Shown: one piece after another, positions 47,164 to 56,039 of the stretch
Position numbering within the stretch: the stretch's first letter is position 1
Layout: the number at the start of each line of letters is the position of its first letter
NCBI GenBank assembly: GCA_024402335.1
Contig: JAKSTZ010000001.1
Span: 93,989 to 157,988, forward strand
Length of the DNA: 64,000 nucleotides
Origin: Bacteroidales bacterium
GTDB lineage: Bacteria; Bacteroidota; Bacteroidia; Bacteroidales; UBA1715
Direction: 5' to 3'
The notes under the pieces: generated by a model
Seen by the model: only the letters and a program-made list of their open reading frames with translations
Told to the model about the DNA's origin: nothing
The model's database searches: none
Program-made: the position numbers and the translations under genes

Positions 47164-47642
47164 ATTTTCTTCACATAATTTGTAGTTGAAAAGCCTGCAA
47201 CAAAATCTATAGTTTTAACCTCACCACCGTTGGCAAGAACCTCTTTGGCACCAACTATATTTTCAACCGTATAATCGCTTCCTTTTACTAAAACATCGGG
47301 AAGCAACGAAGAAATCAGATTCAACGGAGTATCTTCATCAAACAAAATCACAAGGTCGATAAATTCAAAACTGGCAATCGTCAACGCTCGTGATTCTTCT
47401 TCTTTTATCGGACGATTCTCACCCTTTAATCTCTTAATAGACGCATCCGTATTCAATCCTAAAACCAGTTTTGTACCAAGGTCGCGGGCTTTTGCCAAAT
47501 AATAAACATGACCTTTATGGATGATATCAAAACAACCATTGGTAAACACAATTTTTTCTCCTTGTTTCTTCCAACTATCTACGATTTGTAACGCCTCTTC
47601 ACGCGAAACTATCTTGTGTAAAATTGTGTCTAACTGATTCAT
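47160..47642 (-). CDS. D-glycero-beta-D-manno-heptose 1-phosphate adenylyltransferase (RfaE domain II type cytidylyltransferase)
   Basis: FTNGCFDIIHKGHVYYL (HxGH motif) and LNTDASIKRLKGENRPI; 160 aa. Confidence 0.8.
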   Translation of the reverse strand: MNQLDTILHKIVSREEALQIVDSWKKQGEKIVFTNGCFDIIHKGHVYYLAKARDLGTKLVLGLNTDASIKRLKGENRPIKEEESRALTIASFEFIDLVILFDEDTPLNLISSLLPDVLVKGSDYTVENIVGAKEVLANGGEVKTIDFVAGFSTTNYVKKM

Positions 47643-48631
47643 TTATTCTGCTTTTTACGGAAAACGAAACATAAAGATACCAAGCCTAACAGTATCTCTA
47701 AAATTAACTGCGATTCATGACTAATAGTTGCGTATAACAATCCAACCGAGTTAAAGTCAAGATTATAGATAGTGAGTGCCAAAGCCACAATATAATGATA
47801 GGCACCTATTCCACCTTGTACAGGAACAGCCATACCGATACTTCCCACCACAAGCAAAAACAATCCATCATCGATACCAAGATGCGCTGTTGCAGGCAAT
47901 GCCAGACAAACAAACCACGTCATTATCCAATAGCATACCCACAATGTAATAGTATAGAAAATAAACCACCCACGTTTTTCCAATTTATATACCGAACTCA
48001 AACCTTCTAATATTCCCTTAACAAATGATTTTATCTTAGTCACAACAACATTTTCTTTTCCCTTAAAAACAAAAAATATAATGACCAATAGTAACAGAGC
48101 TACGACTGCAAAAACATAAACACTTAACGAAACAGACGAAAACCGTTCTGCCGTAGGCGCCAAAACTTTTTCAGTTATAAAAGCACCAAACAAATCAATT
48201 TGTAAGAAAAACGTTATACAGGCAAGAATCAAAGTAACCAACACATCAAATGCGCGCTCAACGATAACAGTGCCGACAAGGGTGTCAAACGGAAGATTTT
48301 CCGTTCGCTTCAATGCACCACAACGAGCAATTTCGCCGACACGAGGTAATGCAAGGTTAGCAAAATAACCAAACATTTCTGCCCAAAAGGCATTCGCAAG
48401 AGTTGGTTTATGATCACATGTAGCCTCAATTAGAAGATTCCAACGAGCAGCACGGCAGAGATAGGCTATCATAGCCAAAATCAAGGCAAAACCTATCCAC
48501 AAGAAATTCGCATGAAGAATGTCGTTCCACATTGCAGAAAAATCAACATCCTTAAATACAAAAAACAACAAGCCTACTCCAATCAGAGCAAAAACAATGT
48601 ACGATATTGTTTTTGAAAGGCTTTTATCCAT
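47639..48631 (-). CDS. UPF0104 / lysylphosphatidylglycerol-synthase-TM-region (flippase-like) membrane protein
   Basis: About 8 TM helices; RWNLLI and LPRVGEIARC motifs are typical of the family. ATGA overlap with the downstream gene. Confidence 0.6.
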   Translation of the reverse strand: MDKSLSKTISYIVFALIGVGLLFFVFKDVDFSAMWNDILHANFLWIGFALILAMIAYLCRAARWNLLIEATCDHKPTLANAFWAEMFGYFANLALPRVGEIARCGALKRTENLPFDTLVGTVIVERAFDVLVTLILACITFFLQIDLFGAFITEKVLAPTAERFSSVSLSVYVFAVVALLLLVIIFFVFKGKENVVVTKIKSFVKGILEGLSSVYKLEKRGWFIFYTITLWVCYWIMTWFVCLALPATAHLGIDDGLFLLVVGSIGMAVPVQGGIGAYHYIVALALTIYNLDFNSVGLLYATISHESQLILEILLGLVSLCFVFRKKQNK

Positions 48632-48634
48632 AAA

Positions 48635-48985
48635 CTACACTAACTTATTTGTAGCAGTATCAGGGAAGACAACAGAAGGAGTGAAAGATTTTGCTTCTTC
48701 GAAATCCATTTGGGCATACGAAATAATTATCGCAATTTCTCCTACATTGAACTTATGGGCAGCAGGCCCATTCAAGCAGACAACACCGCTATTACGTTCA
48801 CCTTTAATTGCATATGTTTCTATACGTTCACCTGTATTCAAATTCAATACCTGAACTTTTTCGTTTGGAATAATATTAGCAGCCTCCATCAATGCTTCAT
48901 CAAGAGTAATGCTTCCGATGTAATTTAAATTCGCTTCGGTGACAGTTACTCGATGAATCTTCGACTTCATTACTTCTATCATCAT
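48635..48985 (-). CDS. panD: Aspartate 1-decarboxylase
   Basis: [29 protein letters not shown], including the G-S self-processing site. The start is taken at an internal ATG, since the track ORF would otherwise overlap panC. Confidence 0.93.
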   Translation of the reverse strand: MMIEVMKSKIHRVTVTEANLNYIGSITLDEALMEAANIIPNEKVQVLNLNTGERIETYAIKGERNSGVVCLNGPAAHKFNVGEIAIIISYAQMDFEEAKSFTPSVVFPDTATNKLV

Positions 48986-48989
48986 AGTG

Positions 48990-49847
48990 CTATTTGTTTT
49001 GTAATGTGATATTATCAATTAAACGAACATCCCCAACATTAACAGTAATACAACCAACAACCCATTCTGCTTCGTCCCACGAAGAAATCGGCTGCATCGT
49101 ATAACCATTAACTACCTCGAAATATTCAACCTCCAACAAAGGAACAGCATTCACAGTATTTTCCACAAATGCTTTTACTTCGGCAACCGAAGCTGTTTTT
49201 GCCTGTCCTACAGCCTTAAACAATGTTTGTGAAATTTGCACAGCTTGAATACGTTGTTCCTCATTCAAACGAGTATTACGGGAACTTAAAGCCAAACCGT
49301 CGGATTCACGGACAATAGGACAAGGAATAATTTCGATATTTATTCCACGTTGACGTACCATTTCGCGAATGATTGCAATTTGTTGGAAATCTTTCATACC
49401 GAAATAACCTCTGTCGGCAGGAACAAGTTCGAACAAACGATGCACAACTATGCCAACACCGTTAAAGTGTCCCGGACGAGCAGCACCTTCCATTACGGCA
49501 CCAATTGCGCCAAAATCATACGATTCTGTAACATTTTCCAAACCTTCAGGATAAATTGCTTCAATTGTAGGAACGAAAGCAATGTCAGCACCAGCTTTTT
49601 CCAACAAAGCCAAATCAGCATCCACAGTTCGTGGGTACGTAAGAAGATCATTCTTATTGTTGAATTGCGTTGGATTCACAAAAATACTCACAGCCGTGCA
49701 GTCATTTTCTGCAATCGATTTCGAGACCAATGAAATATGTCCTTGGTGAAGAGCACCCATAGTTGGTACAAATCCAAGTGAACGATTTGCCTTACGAACT
49801 TCTGCTATCGCATTCGTAATCTCTTCTCTTGTTCTACAAACAATCAT
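48990..49847 (-). CDS. panC: Pantoate--beta-alanine ligase
   Basis: [17 protein letters not shown] motif. The start is taken at [10 protein letters not shown] (ATG 49845-49847). Confidence 0.93.
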   Translation of the reverse strand: MIVCRTREEITNAIAEVRKANRSLGFVPTMGALHQGHISLVSKSIAENDCTAVSIFVNPTQFNNKNDLLTYPRTVDADLALLEKAGADIAFVPTIEAIYPEGLENVTESYDFGAIGAVMEGAARPGHFNGVGIVVHRLFELVPADRGYFGMKDFQQIAIIREMVRQRGINIEIIPCPIVRESDGLALSSRNTRLNEEQRIQAVQISQTLFKAVGQAKTASVAEVKAFVENTVNAVPLLEVEYFEVVNGYTMQPISSWDEAEWVVGCITVNVGDVRLIDNITLQNK

Positions 49848-49999
49848 TTCAATATCAAAAATTTGGACAAAGGTATGTTTTTTTTTCACTATCGTTCTTT
49901 TTTTCATAGTTTATTCAAACACAACAGTGTAGTTTTTTGAATTTTCTATAAAAATTCCCGAAAAAATTTTTATAATTTTGCATACGAAATTTTTTTAAG

Positions 50000-50809
50000 A
50001 TGAAGAAAGCAAAAGTCCTGTATGTAACTCAAGAAATGGCGAAATATCTTCCTGACACTGAAATGTCGCTAAAAAGTCGCTATTTACCTCAGTATATCCA
50101 AGAAAGCGGAAAAGAAATCCGTTGCTTTATGCCTCGATATGGATTAGTAAACGAACGAAGAAACCAACTTCACGAAGTTATTCGTTTATCTGGTATGAAT
50201 CTTATCATTGATGATACCGACCATCCACTTATCATTAAGGTTGCTTCTATTCAACAAGCAAGATTACAAGTATATTTCATCGATAATGATGAATTCTTCC
50301 ACCGCAAAGCCATGTTCGTTGACGAAAATGGTAAAGAATTTGAAGACAACGAAGATCGTATGATTTTCTTCGCACGCGGTGTGTTGGAAACAGTAAAGAA
50401 ACTTCGTTGGGCTCCTGATATTGTTCACTGCCAAGGTTGGTTCACTTCTTTATTGCCATTATATCTTAAAAAGACATTCTACGAAGATCCTCTTTTTGCA
50501 AATGCAAAAGTTGTGTACTCACTATACAACAATTCTTTTGAAAAACCGTTCTCTAAAGACTTCGCTAACAAGATCCACTTCGATGGCATCACGTCTGACG
50601 ACATTGCTTCAATAAAAAACAATGCAGACTGGTTAAGCATTAACAAACTTGCCATCGACCAAGCTGAAGGTATTGTTCTTGGTGAAGAGAATGTAAATGA
50701 AGAGTTGTTGCAATATTGTAAAGAAAAGAATAAAATCATCCTTCCTTACCAAGGACAAGAAGGTTACACACAAGCATATTCTGATTTTTACGATGGTTTA
50801 TTAGATTAG
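50000..50809 (+). CDS. Short glycogen/starch synthase-like protein (GT5 N-terminal domain only)
   Basis: KVLYVTQEMAKYLP...CFMPRYG resembles the GlgA N-terminus. The 269-aa short form is typical of Bacteroidales and lies next to panC. Confidence 0.6.
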   Translation: MKKAKVLYVTQEMAKYLPDTEMSLKSRYLPQYIQESGKEIRCFMPRYGLVNERRNQLHEVIRLSGMNLIIDDTDHPLIIKVASIQQARLQVYFIDNDEFFHRKAMFVDENGKEFEDNEDRMIFFARGVLETVKKLRWAPDIVHCQGWFTSLLPLYLKKTFYEDPLFANAKVVYSLYNNSFEKPFSKDFANKIHFDGITSDDIASIKNNADWLSINKLAIDQAEGIVLGEENVNEELLQYCKEKNKIILPYQGQEGYTQAYSDFYDGLLD

Positions 50810-50813
50810 GACT

Positions 50814-52124
50814 ATGAACGTACACTTTCGTGTAATTGTATTGTTGTTACTTTCCCTTCTCTGCTTTTCTTGTAACAAAGAGGACCAGACAATAGGTATA
50901 GGTATGCTCCCTGACAGCGACCTACTTACAACTGCTGTAGATTCTTCTACAATAATCACCATGCAAACAATAGCCGACGACAGCACTCGCTCTACTTTGG
51001 TAACCTACATGCTTGGTGAGAACTCCGATGCGATATTCGGAAAAACACGTGCTTCGTATGCAACTCGACTATACATACAATCGATGGTCATGGACATGTC
51101 CGAATACAAACTTGACTCGGCATGTTTTAACATTGCAAAATCTGCAAAATACGTCTATGGCGACACAACTGTCGCACAGAAATTTTCAGTGTACGAACTT
51201 ACGCAACCTATTACCGTAGCCGACTGCAAAAACTACGAGCAAACAGGAGCAAAACCAGCATGGACATTTTCCGACGCAAACAAAATTTGTGACATACAAG
51301 TACCTGCCTATAAAGATACCCTACGCACATATAGTTGTAAATTGGCTACAGATTTTGCAGCATCACTTTTTTCTAAAATAAAAGAGTGCACTAAAACTGA
51401 TACTTCCTTACAATACGTTGATTCTCTATTCATTAAGAAATTCAACGGAATTTATGTAACAACAAAAGACAATCAGTTCAACAACGTAAATTCAGTAATT
51501 GTCCATAGTCTTCCGGGGATTACATTCTATCTTTCTGGCAAAGACACAACTACAACATTAACATTGGCTCCGTCACCACAACCATATGACGAAGCTTTGA
51601 AAACCGACCCAAGCCAGATTTATCTTCAAGCTATCAACTTCTTTGAGCACGACTACTCGGGTACAGATATCACTCTCAATACCGAAAGCAATACGGCTTA
51701 CGTACAGGGGTTCATGGGAACAAAAGCAAAAGTCACATTCTCAGACCTTGAAAGATGGAGAAAAGCTGTTGACCACAATACTCCATCCGACTCAACTATC
51801 GTGATTAATTCTGCGAAATTGTATCTTCCAATAAAGAAATACGACACTTGGAACCAATACCTTCCTCTGAATTTCAGAGTGTACGACGAGACAAAAAAGC
51901 CTCATAAATTGGTATATTCTACAGTATCGACAACAGAAGATAGCACAAACTTTATCTTCAATATCCATAGTTTCCTAATAACGTTATACAATGGAGCAAC
52001 TAAGGCCGACAATTACTCGTACGAAATTGCTGTTCCTGAAAATAATGCGTATGGAAACATGTTTGTTCTTGACGGAACTACCGATCCTAAAAAATTGAAA
52101 TTAGTAATTACATACACCAAATAA
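50814..52124 (+). CDS. Hypothetical lipoprotein (DUF4270-like by position and size)
   Basis: Lipobox LLCFSC. 436 aa, between the glycogen-synthase-like gene and glmS, as I recall for Bacteroides. The family call is from memory only. Confidence 0.5.
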   Translation: MNVHFRVIVLLLLSLLCFSCNKEDQTIGIGMLPDSDLLTTAVDSSTIITMQTIADDSTRSTLVTYMLGENSDAIFGKTRASYATRLYIQSMVMDMSEYKLDSACFNIAKSAKYVYGDTTVAQKFSVYELTQPITVADCKNYEQTGAKPAWTFSDANKICDIQVPAYKDTLRTYSCKLATDFAASLFSKIKECTKTDTSLQYVDSLFIKKFNGIYVTTKDNQFNNVNSVIVHSLPGITFYLSGKDTTTTLTLAPSPQPYDEALKTDPSQIYLQAINFFEHDYSGTDITLNTESNTAYVQGFMGTKAKVTFSDLERWRKAVDHNTPSDSTIVINSAKLYLPIKKYDTWNQYLPLNFRVYDETKKPHKLVYSTVSTTEDSTNFIFNIHSFLITLYNGATKADNYSYEIAVPENNAYGNMFVLDGTTDPKKLKLVITYTK

Positions 52125-52125
52125 T

Positions 52126-53970
52126 ATGTGTGGAATAGTTGGTTACATTGGCGATAAGGACGCATATCCTATCCTTATTACAGGTTTAAAAAGATTAGAG
52201 TATAGAGGTTACGACTCTACTGGTATTGCACTTATCCAAAATGGAGAAACAATATCATATAAAAAACAAGGAAAAGTTGCCGACCTTGAAGCCTATTTGG
52301 AAAATAAAAACACATCTGGCTGCATTGGAATGGGACACACTCGTTGGGCAACTCATGGTGAGCCAAACGATGTAAACGCGCATCCACATACTTCTATGAA
52401 AGGTAAATTCGTTGTTATACACAACGGTATCATAGAAAATTACAATGCACTAAAGAAAAAACTAACGGCAAAAGGTTACGAATTCAAAAGCGAAACCGAT
52501 ACCGAAGTTATTGCCGACTATATCGAATATATTTACTTAAAAGGCAAAGGTAAAGTTACGGCAGAAGTAGCAGTACGTTTGGCTTTGTTGGAAGTACAAG
52601 GAGCATACGGTCTTGTAGTTATTTGTACTGACGAACCAGACCAACTTATAGTTGCGAGAAACGGTAGTCCTCTTGTTGTTGGTGTTGGACAAGGTGAATA
52701 TTTCGTTGCTTCCGATGCTACTCCTATTGTAGAACACACTAAACGTATCATTTATTTGAATGACCTTGAAATGGCGACAATTACAAAACATGAGTTGTCA
52801 TTAAAGACTATCAAAAATGATATGTTAACTCCTGTTATTCAAGAACTTGAACTTGACATTGAAGGAATAGAGAAAGGCGGATACGATCACTTTATGTTGA
52901 AGGAAATTTTCGAACAACCTTCAGCAATTATGGACACCTTCCGTGGTCGCGCGACAAAGAATCCTCCTAAAATCTATCTTGGTGGCTTATACAATGCATT
53001 CGACAAATTCGACAAGGCAGATAGAATCATTATCGTTGCCTGTGGAACTTCATGGCACGCTGGTCTTGTTGGAGAATATCTTTTTGAAGAATATGCCCGC
53101 ATTCCTGTCGAAGTTGAATATGCGTCGGAATTCCGTTATAGAAATCCTATCATACGCGAAAACGATGTGGTTATTGCAATCAGCCAAAGTGGTGAAACTG
53201 CCGACACTTTAGCAGCCATTCGCCTTGCTAAAGCTGCGAATGCAACTGTTGTAGGAATCTGTAATGTTGTCGGTTCAAGCATTCCACGCGAAACCGATGC
53301 CGGCGTTTATACACACGCAGGACCTGAAATCGGTGTAGCTTCAACAAAATCATTCACAACACAGGTAACTGTGCTTACCATGATGGCACTTATGCTCGGT
53401 AAACGAAGAAACACAATTGCCGACGATGAATACAAAAAACTTATCTCTGAACTATATAAGATTCCAGCAAAAGTTGAAAGTATTCTAACTCACGTTGATG
53501 ATTATAAGCAAATTGCAGAAGCATATAAGGATGCACAAAACTTTATCTACTTAGGTAGAAGTTACTTGTATCCTGTGGCATTGGAAGGCGCTCTAAAGTT
53601 GAAAGAGATTTCGTACATTCATGCAGAAGGGTACCCTGCAGCAGAAATGAAACACGGACCTATTGCACTGATAGACAAAAATATGCCTGTCGTTGTTATC
53701 GCAACAAAAGACAAACATTACGACAAGGTTGTAAGTAACGTACAAGAAGTGAAGGCACGCCAAGGTATTGTAATTGCTGTAGTTACGCAAGGTGACACTG
53801 TACTTTCGAAAATAGCAGACCATGTGATTGAAGTTCCTGAAACTTCTCCTGCGCTTACTCCACTTACGACAGTTATTCCTTTACAGATTCTTTCATATTA
53901 CATCGCCGTAATGCGTGGCTGTAACGTGGATCAACCTCGTAACTTGGCAAAATCGGTAACGGTAGAATAG
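52126..53970 (+). CDS. glmS: Glutamine--fructose-6-phosphate aminotransferase (isomerizing)
   Basis: N-terminal MCGIVGYIG, two SIS domains, and a C-terminal ...PRNLAKSVTVE. Confidence 0.97.
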   Translation: MCGIVGYIGDKDAYPILITGLKRLEYRGYDSTGIALIQNGETISYKKQGKVADLEAYLENKNTSGCIGMGHTRWATHGEPNDVNAHPHTSMKGKFVVIHNGIIENYNALKKKLTAKGYEFKSETDTEVIADYIEYIYLKGKGKVTAEVAVRLALLEVQGAYGLVVICTDEPDQLIVARNGSPLVVGVGQGEYFVASDATPIVEHTKRIIYLNDLEMATITKHELSLKTIKNDMLTPVIQELELDIEGIEKGGYDHFMLKEIFEQPSAIMDTFRGRATKNPPKIYLGGLYNAFDKFDKADRIIIVACGTSWHAGLVGEYLFEEYARIPVEVEYASEFRYRNPIIRENDVVIAISQSGETADTLAAIRLAKAANATVVGICNVVGSSIPRETDAGVYTHAGPEIGVASTKSFTTQVTVLTMMALMLGKRRNTIADDEYKKLISELYKIPAKVESILTHVDDYKQIAEAYKDAQNFIYLGRSYLYPVALEGALKLKEISYIHAEGYPAAEMKHGPIALIDKNMPVVVIATKDKHYDKVVSNVQEVKARQGIVIAVVTQGDTVLSKIADHVIEVPETSPALTPLTTVIPLQILSYYIAVMRGCNVDQPRNLAKSVTVE

Positions 53971-55010
53971 TGAGCAATTCATCGCAGATATCTAAGATTC
54001 TTGTTTTTCGATTGAGTTCAATCGGCGATATTGTTCTCACTACGGCATTATTGCGCTGTTTACGAAACAAATATCCGCAAGCACAAATTGACTTTGTTGT
54101 AAAGAAACAATTTGCCGCAATCTTACGCTGCGTACCATTTGTTAGCAATGTCATAGAACTTGATTCAAAGAAAGGTCTTACTGAACTGTTTGCCTTACGA
54201 AAACAATTACAAAAAGAAAACTACGACGTTGCCCTTGATATTCATAAAAATTGGCGTAGTTTATTCATTTGCAGAACTATAGGAGCTAAACAGGTTTTTG
54301 CATTCAACAAACACGTTTTTCGCCGTTGGGTATTAACAACATTCCATAAAAATATCTACAAAGAAGTTCGACCTGTTTATCTACGATTTACAGATGCAGC
54401 CAAACAAATTGGCGTAGAATCTGACGGGAAATACACTGAATTGGTTGTTCCATCAGAAATTCAAATTACAACCGACAACATATTGCAACAAAAAGGATTC
54501 GACACTTCGAAACCAGCAATTGCCCTCTGTCCAGGCGCAAGCTTCAAGAACAAGCAATGGCAGCCGGAAAAGTTCGCCGAATTGGCTAAGAAAATCGTTA
54601 CAGAGCTTGACTATCAAGTTATTCTAATTGGCGGCAAAAACGAACAACCGTTGTGTGAAATTATACAAAAGGAAGAACCTACGGCTATTTCTTTTGCAGG
54701 AGAATTAGACTTAAGTCAATCTATCGCCGCACTTAATAGAGTACAAGCAACAGTGGTCAACGACACTGGTATGCTTCACGCTTCCGAAGCACTTGGCGTT
54801 CCTGTTGTTGGAATCTATGGAGCAACCGCATATCCGTTCGGTTATTATCCAATTCTACCACAAAGCAAAGTTGCCGACGTTGACCTACCATGCAGACCAT
54901 GCACAAAAATGGGCAAAAACTCCTGTCCTAAAGGACATTTTAACTGCATGAACCAATTGCACACGCAAAAGGTTTTCGAATTGTTACAAGAGGTTTTAAA
55001 AGGGAAATAA
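53970..55010 (+). CDS. Glycosyltransferase family 9 (heptosyltransferase-like)
   Basis: ILVFRLSSIGDIVLTTALLRCLRNKYPQAQIDFVV and the C-terminal NDTGMLHASEALGVPVVGIYG. The GTG start overlaps the glmS stop. Confidence 0.8.
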   Translation: MSNSSQISKILVFRLSSIGDIVLTTALLRCLRNKYPQAQIDFVVKKQFAAILRCVPFVSNVIELDSKKGLTELFALRKQLQKENYDVALDIHKNWRSLFICRTIGAKQVFAFNKHVFRRWVLTTFHKNIYKEVRPVYLRFTDAAKQIGVESDGKYTELVVPSEIQITTDNILQQKGFDTSKPAIALCPGASFKNKQWQPEKFAELAKKIVTELDYQVILIGGKNEQPLCEIIQKEEPTAISFAGELDLSQSIAALNRVQATVVNDTGMLHASEALGVPVVGIYGATAYPFGYYPILPQSKVADVDLPCRPCTKMGKNSCPKGHFNCMNQLHTQKVFELLQEVLKGK

Positions 55011-55021
55011 ATATACTACTC

Positions 55022-55507
55022 CTATCGTTTCTTTACATAATACTGGTAGCACATAGAAATAGGATTATTTCTAAACTCAGAATCGAGGCCAAAACAAAGA
55101 GTATCATTTAACAAGCAAACATAGCCTGTATGTTGACTTAAATCCATCAAATTTCGAATAATTAAAGAATCAGCTGCAATTGTGTAAGTATACACTTTCT
55201 CCACACTTGTACATTTTTCAATAGCATCATCGTCGGGAGCTATTGAATAAACCTCATCTTCTGTAAATGTAAAATAGAAATTATGCTTGCAGCTACAATT
55301 ATTATAACCATTCTGTCCTTTAACATATTCAAGATACCAATCATATCCAATAACTTGCTTTTGTATCTCGTAAGGATCTAGAACAAAAACACTTTCTTCT
55401 TGAGATATTTCTTTCTGATTATCCCCACCATTAGGCTTGGGTTCATCATCTTTATTGCAAGCACACATTACCAATGCACTTAGCAAAATCATCAATATCT
55501 TTCTCAT
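55022..55507 (-). CDS. Hypothetical lipoprotein (161 aa)
   Basis: Lipobox LVMCAC; no recognised domain. Confidence 0.55.
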   Translation of the reverse strand: MRKILMILLSALVMCACNKDDEPKPNGGDNQKEISQEESVFVLDPYEIQKQVIGYDWYLEYVKGQNGYNNCSCKHNFYFTFTEDEVYSIAPDDDAIEKCTSVEKVYTYTIAADSLIIRNLMDLSQHTGYVCLLNDTLCFGLDSEFRNNPISMCYQYYVKKR

Positions 55508-55640
55508 AATAGATTGATTTAAAGTTTACTACGCAAAGTAAAAAAAAAATAAATAAACAAATAAAAAGATTTCTTTTTAGGATTTTTATAAAAAAAATGA
55601 ACTCAAAACAATGAGCATTTTGCATTTATCAGAATTTGTT

Positions 55641-55648
55641 TACATTTG
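55641..55648 (+). promoter_or_regulatory. Bacteroidetes-type -7 promoter box (TACATTTG) with TTTG about 19 nt upstream
   Basis: Matches TAnnTTTG. It would place a TSS near 55655, about 385 nt before the receptor ATG. Confidence 0.4.
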
Positions 55649-55987
55649 CCGCATCAAAAAATTACGATGAAGAAAACCTTCCGATATAAAAAACAGACTT
55701 TCCGTTTCCATCGTTGGAATCGTGCGAATTACTCTGCATTTATGAGTATCGGAAAACAAATCACGATTGGTCGTGTAAACACTGAAGTTGCCGATGGTCT
55801 TCTTCGCGACCAACATATCAAAGAAATTTTCACATCTGAATTCATGAACGGTTCATCAGATGATGATGACTCTTCGGGCGGAGACGAAAATATACTTACT
55901 CTTTTAGAACAAACTATTCTTTGCCCTACACAATTAACTACAGAAGCATGTCCTGCTTCTTGTAAATCTTCCTATTTTGTAAACTCT

Positions 55988-56032
55988 AATCCTATCTTCT
56001 GGTGGCCACAGTCGATAGGATTTTTTATTTTT
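55988..56032 (+). terminator. Terminator/attenuator hairpin immediately upstream of the TonB-dependent receptor start codon
   Basis: 9-bp stem AATCCTATC (55988-55996) / GATAGGATT (56014-56022), a loop containing GTGGCCAC, then TTTTATTTTT (56023-56032). ATG at 56040. Confidence 0.6.
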
Positions 56033-56039
56033 AAATCTT

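Noticed and set aside
55700-56030. Identification of the leader as a cobalamin (or TPP) riboswitch
   Set aside because: The conserved cores I can recall are absent: for cobalamin, CCCGC...CUGU and the GCCACUG B12-box context; for TPP, CUGAGA ... ACCUGAUCUGGAUAAUGCCAGCG. Only weak partial resemblances exist, so the class is left open.
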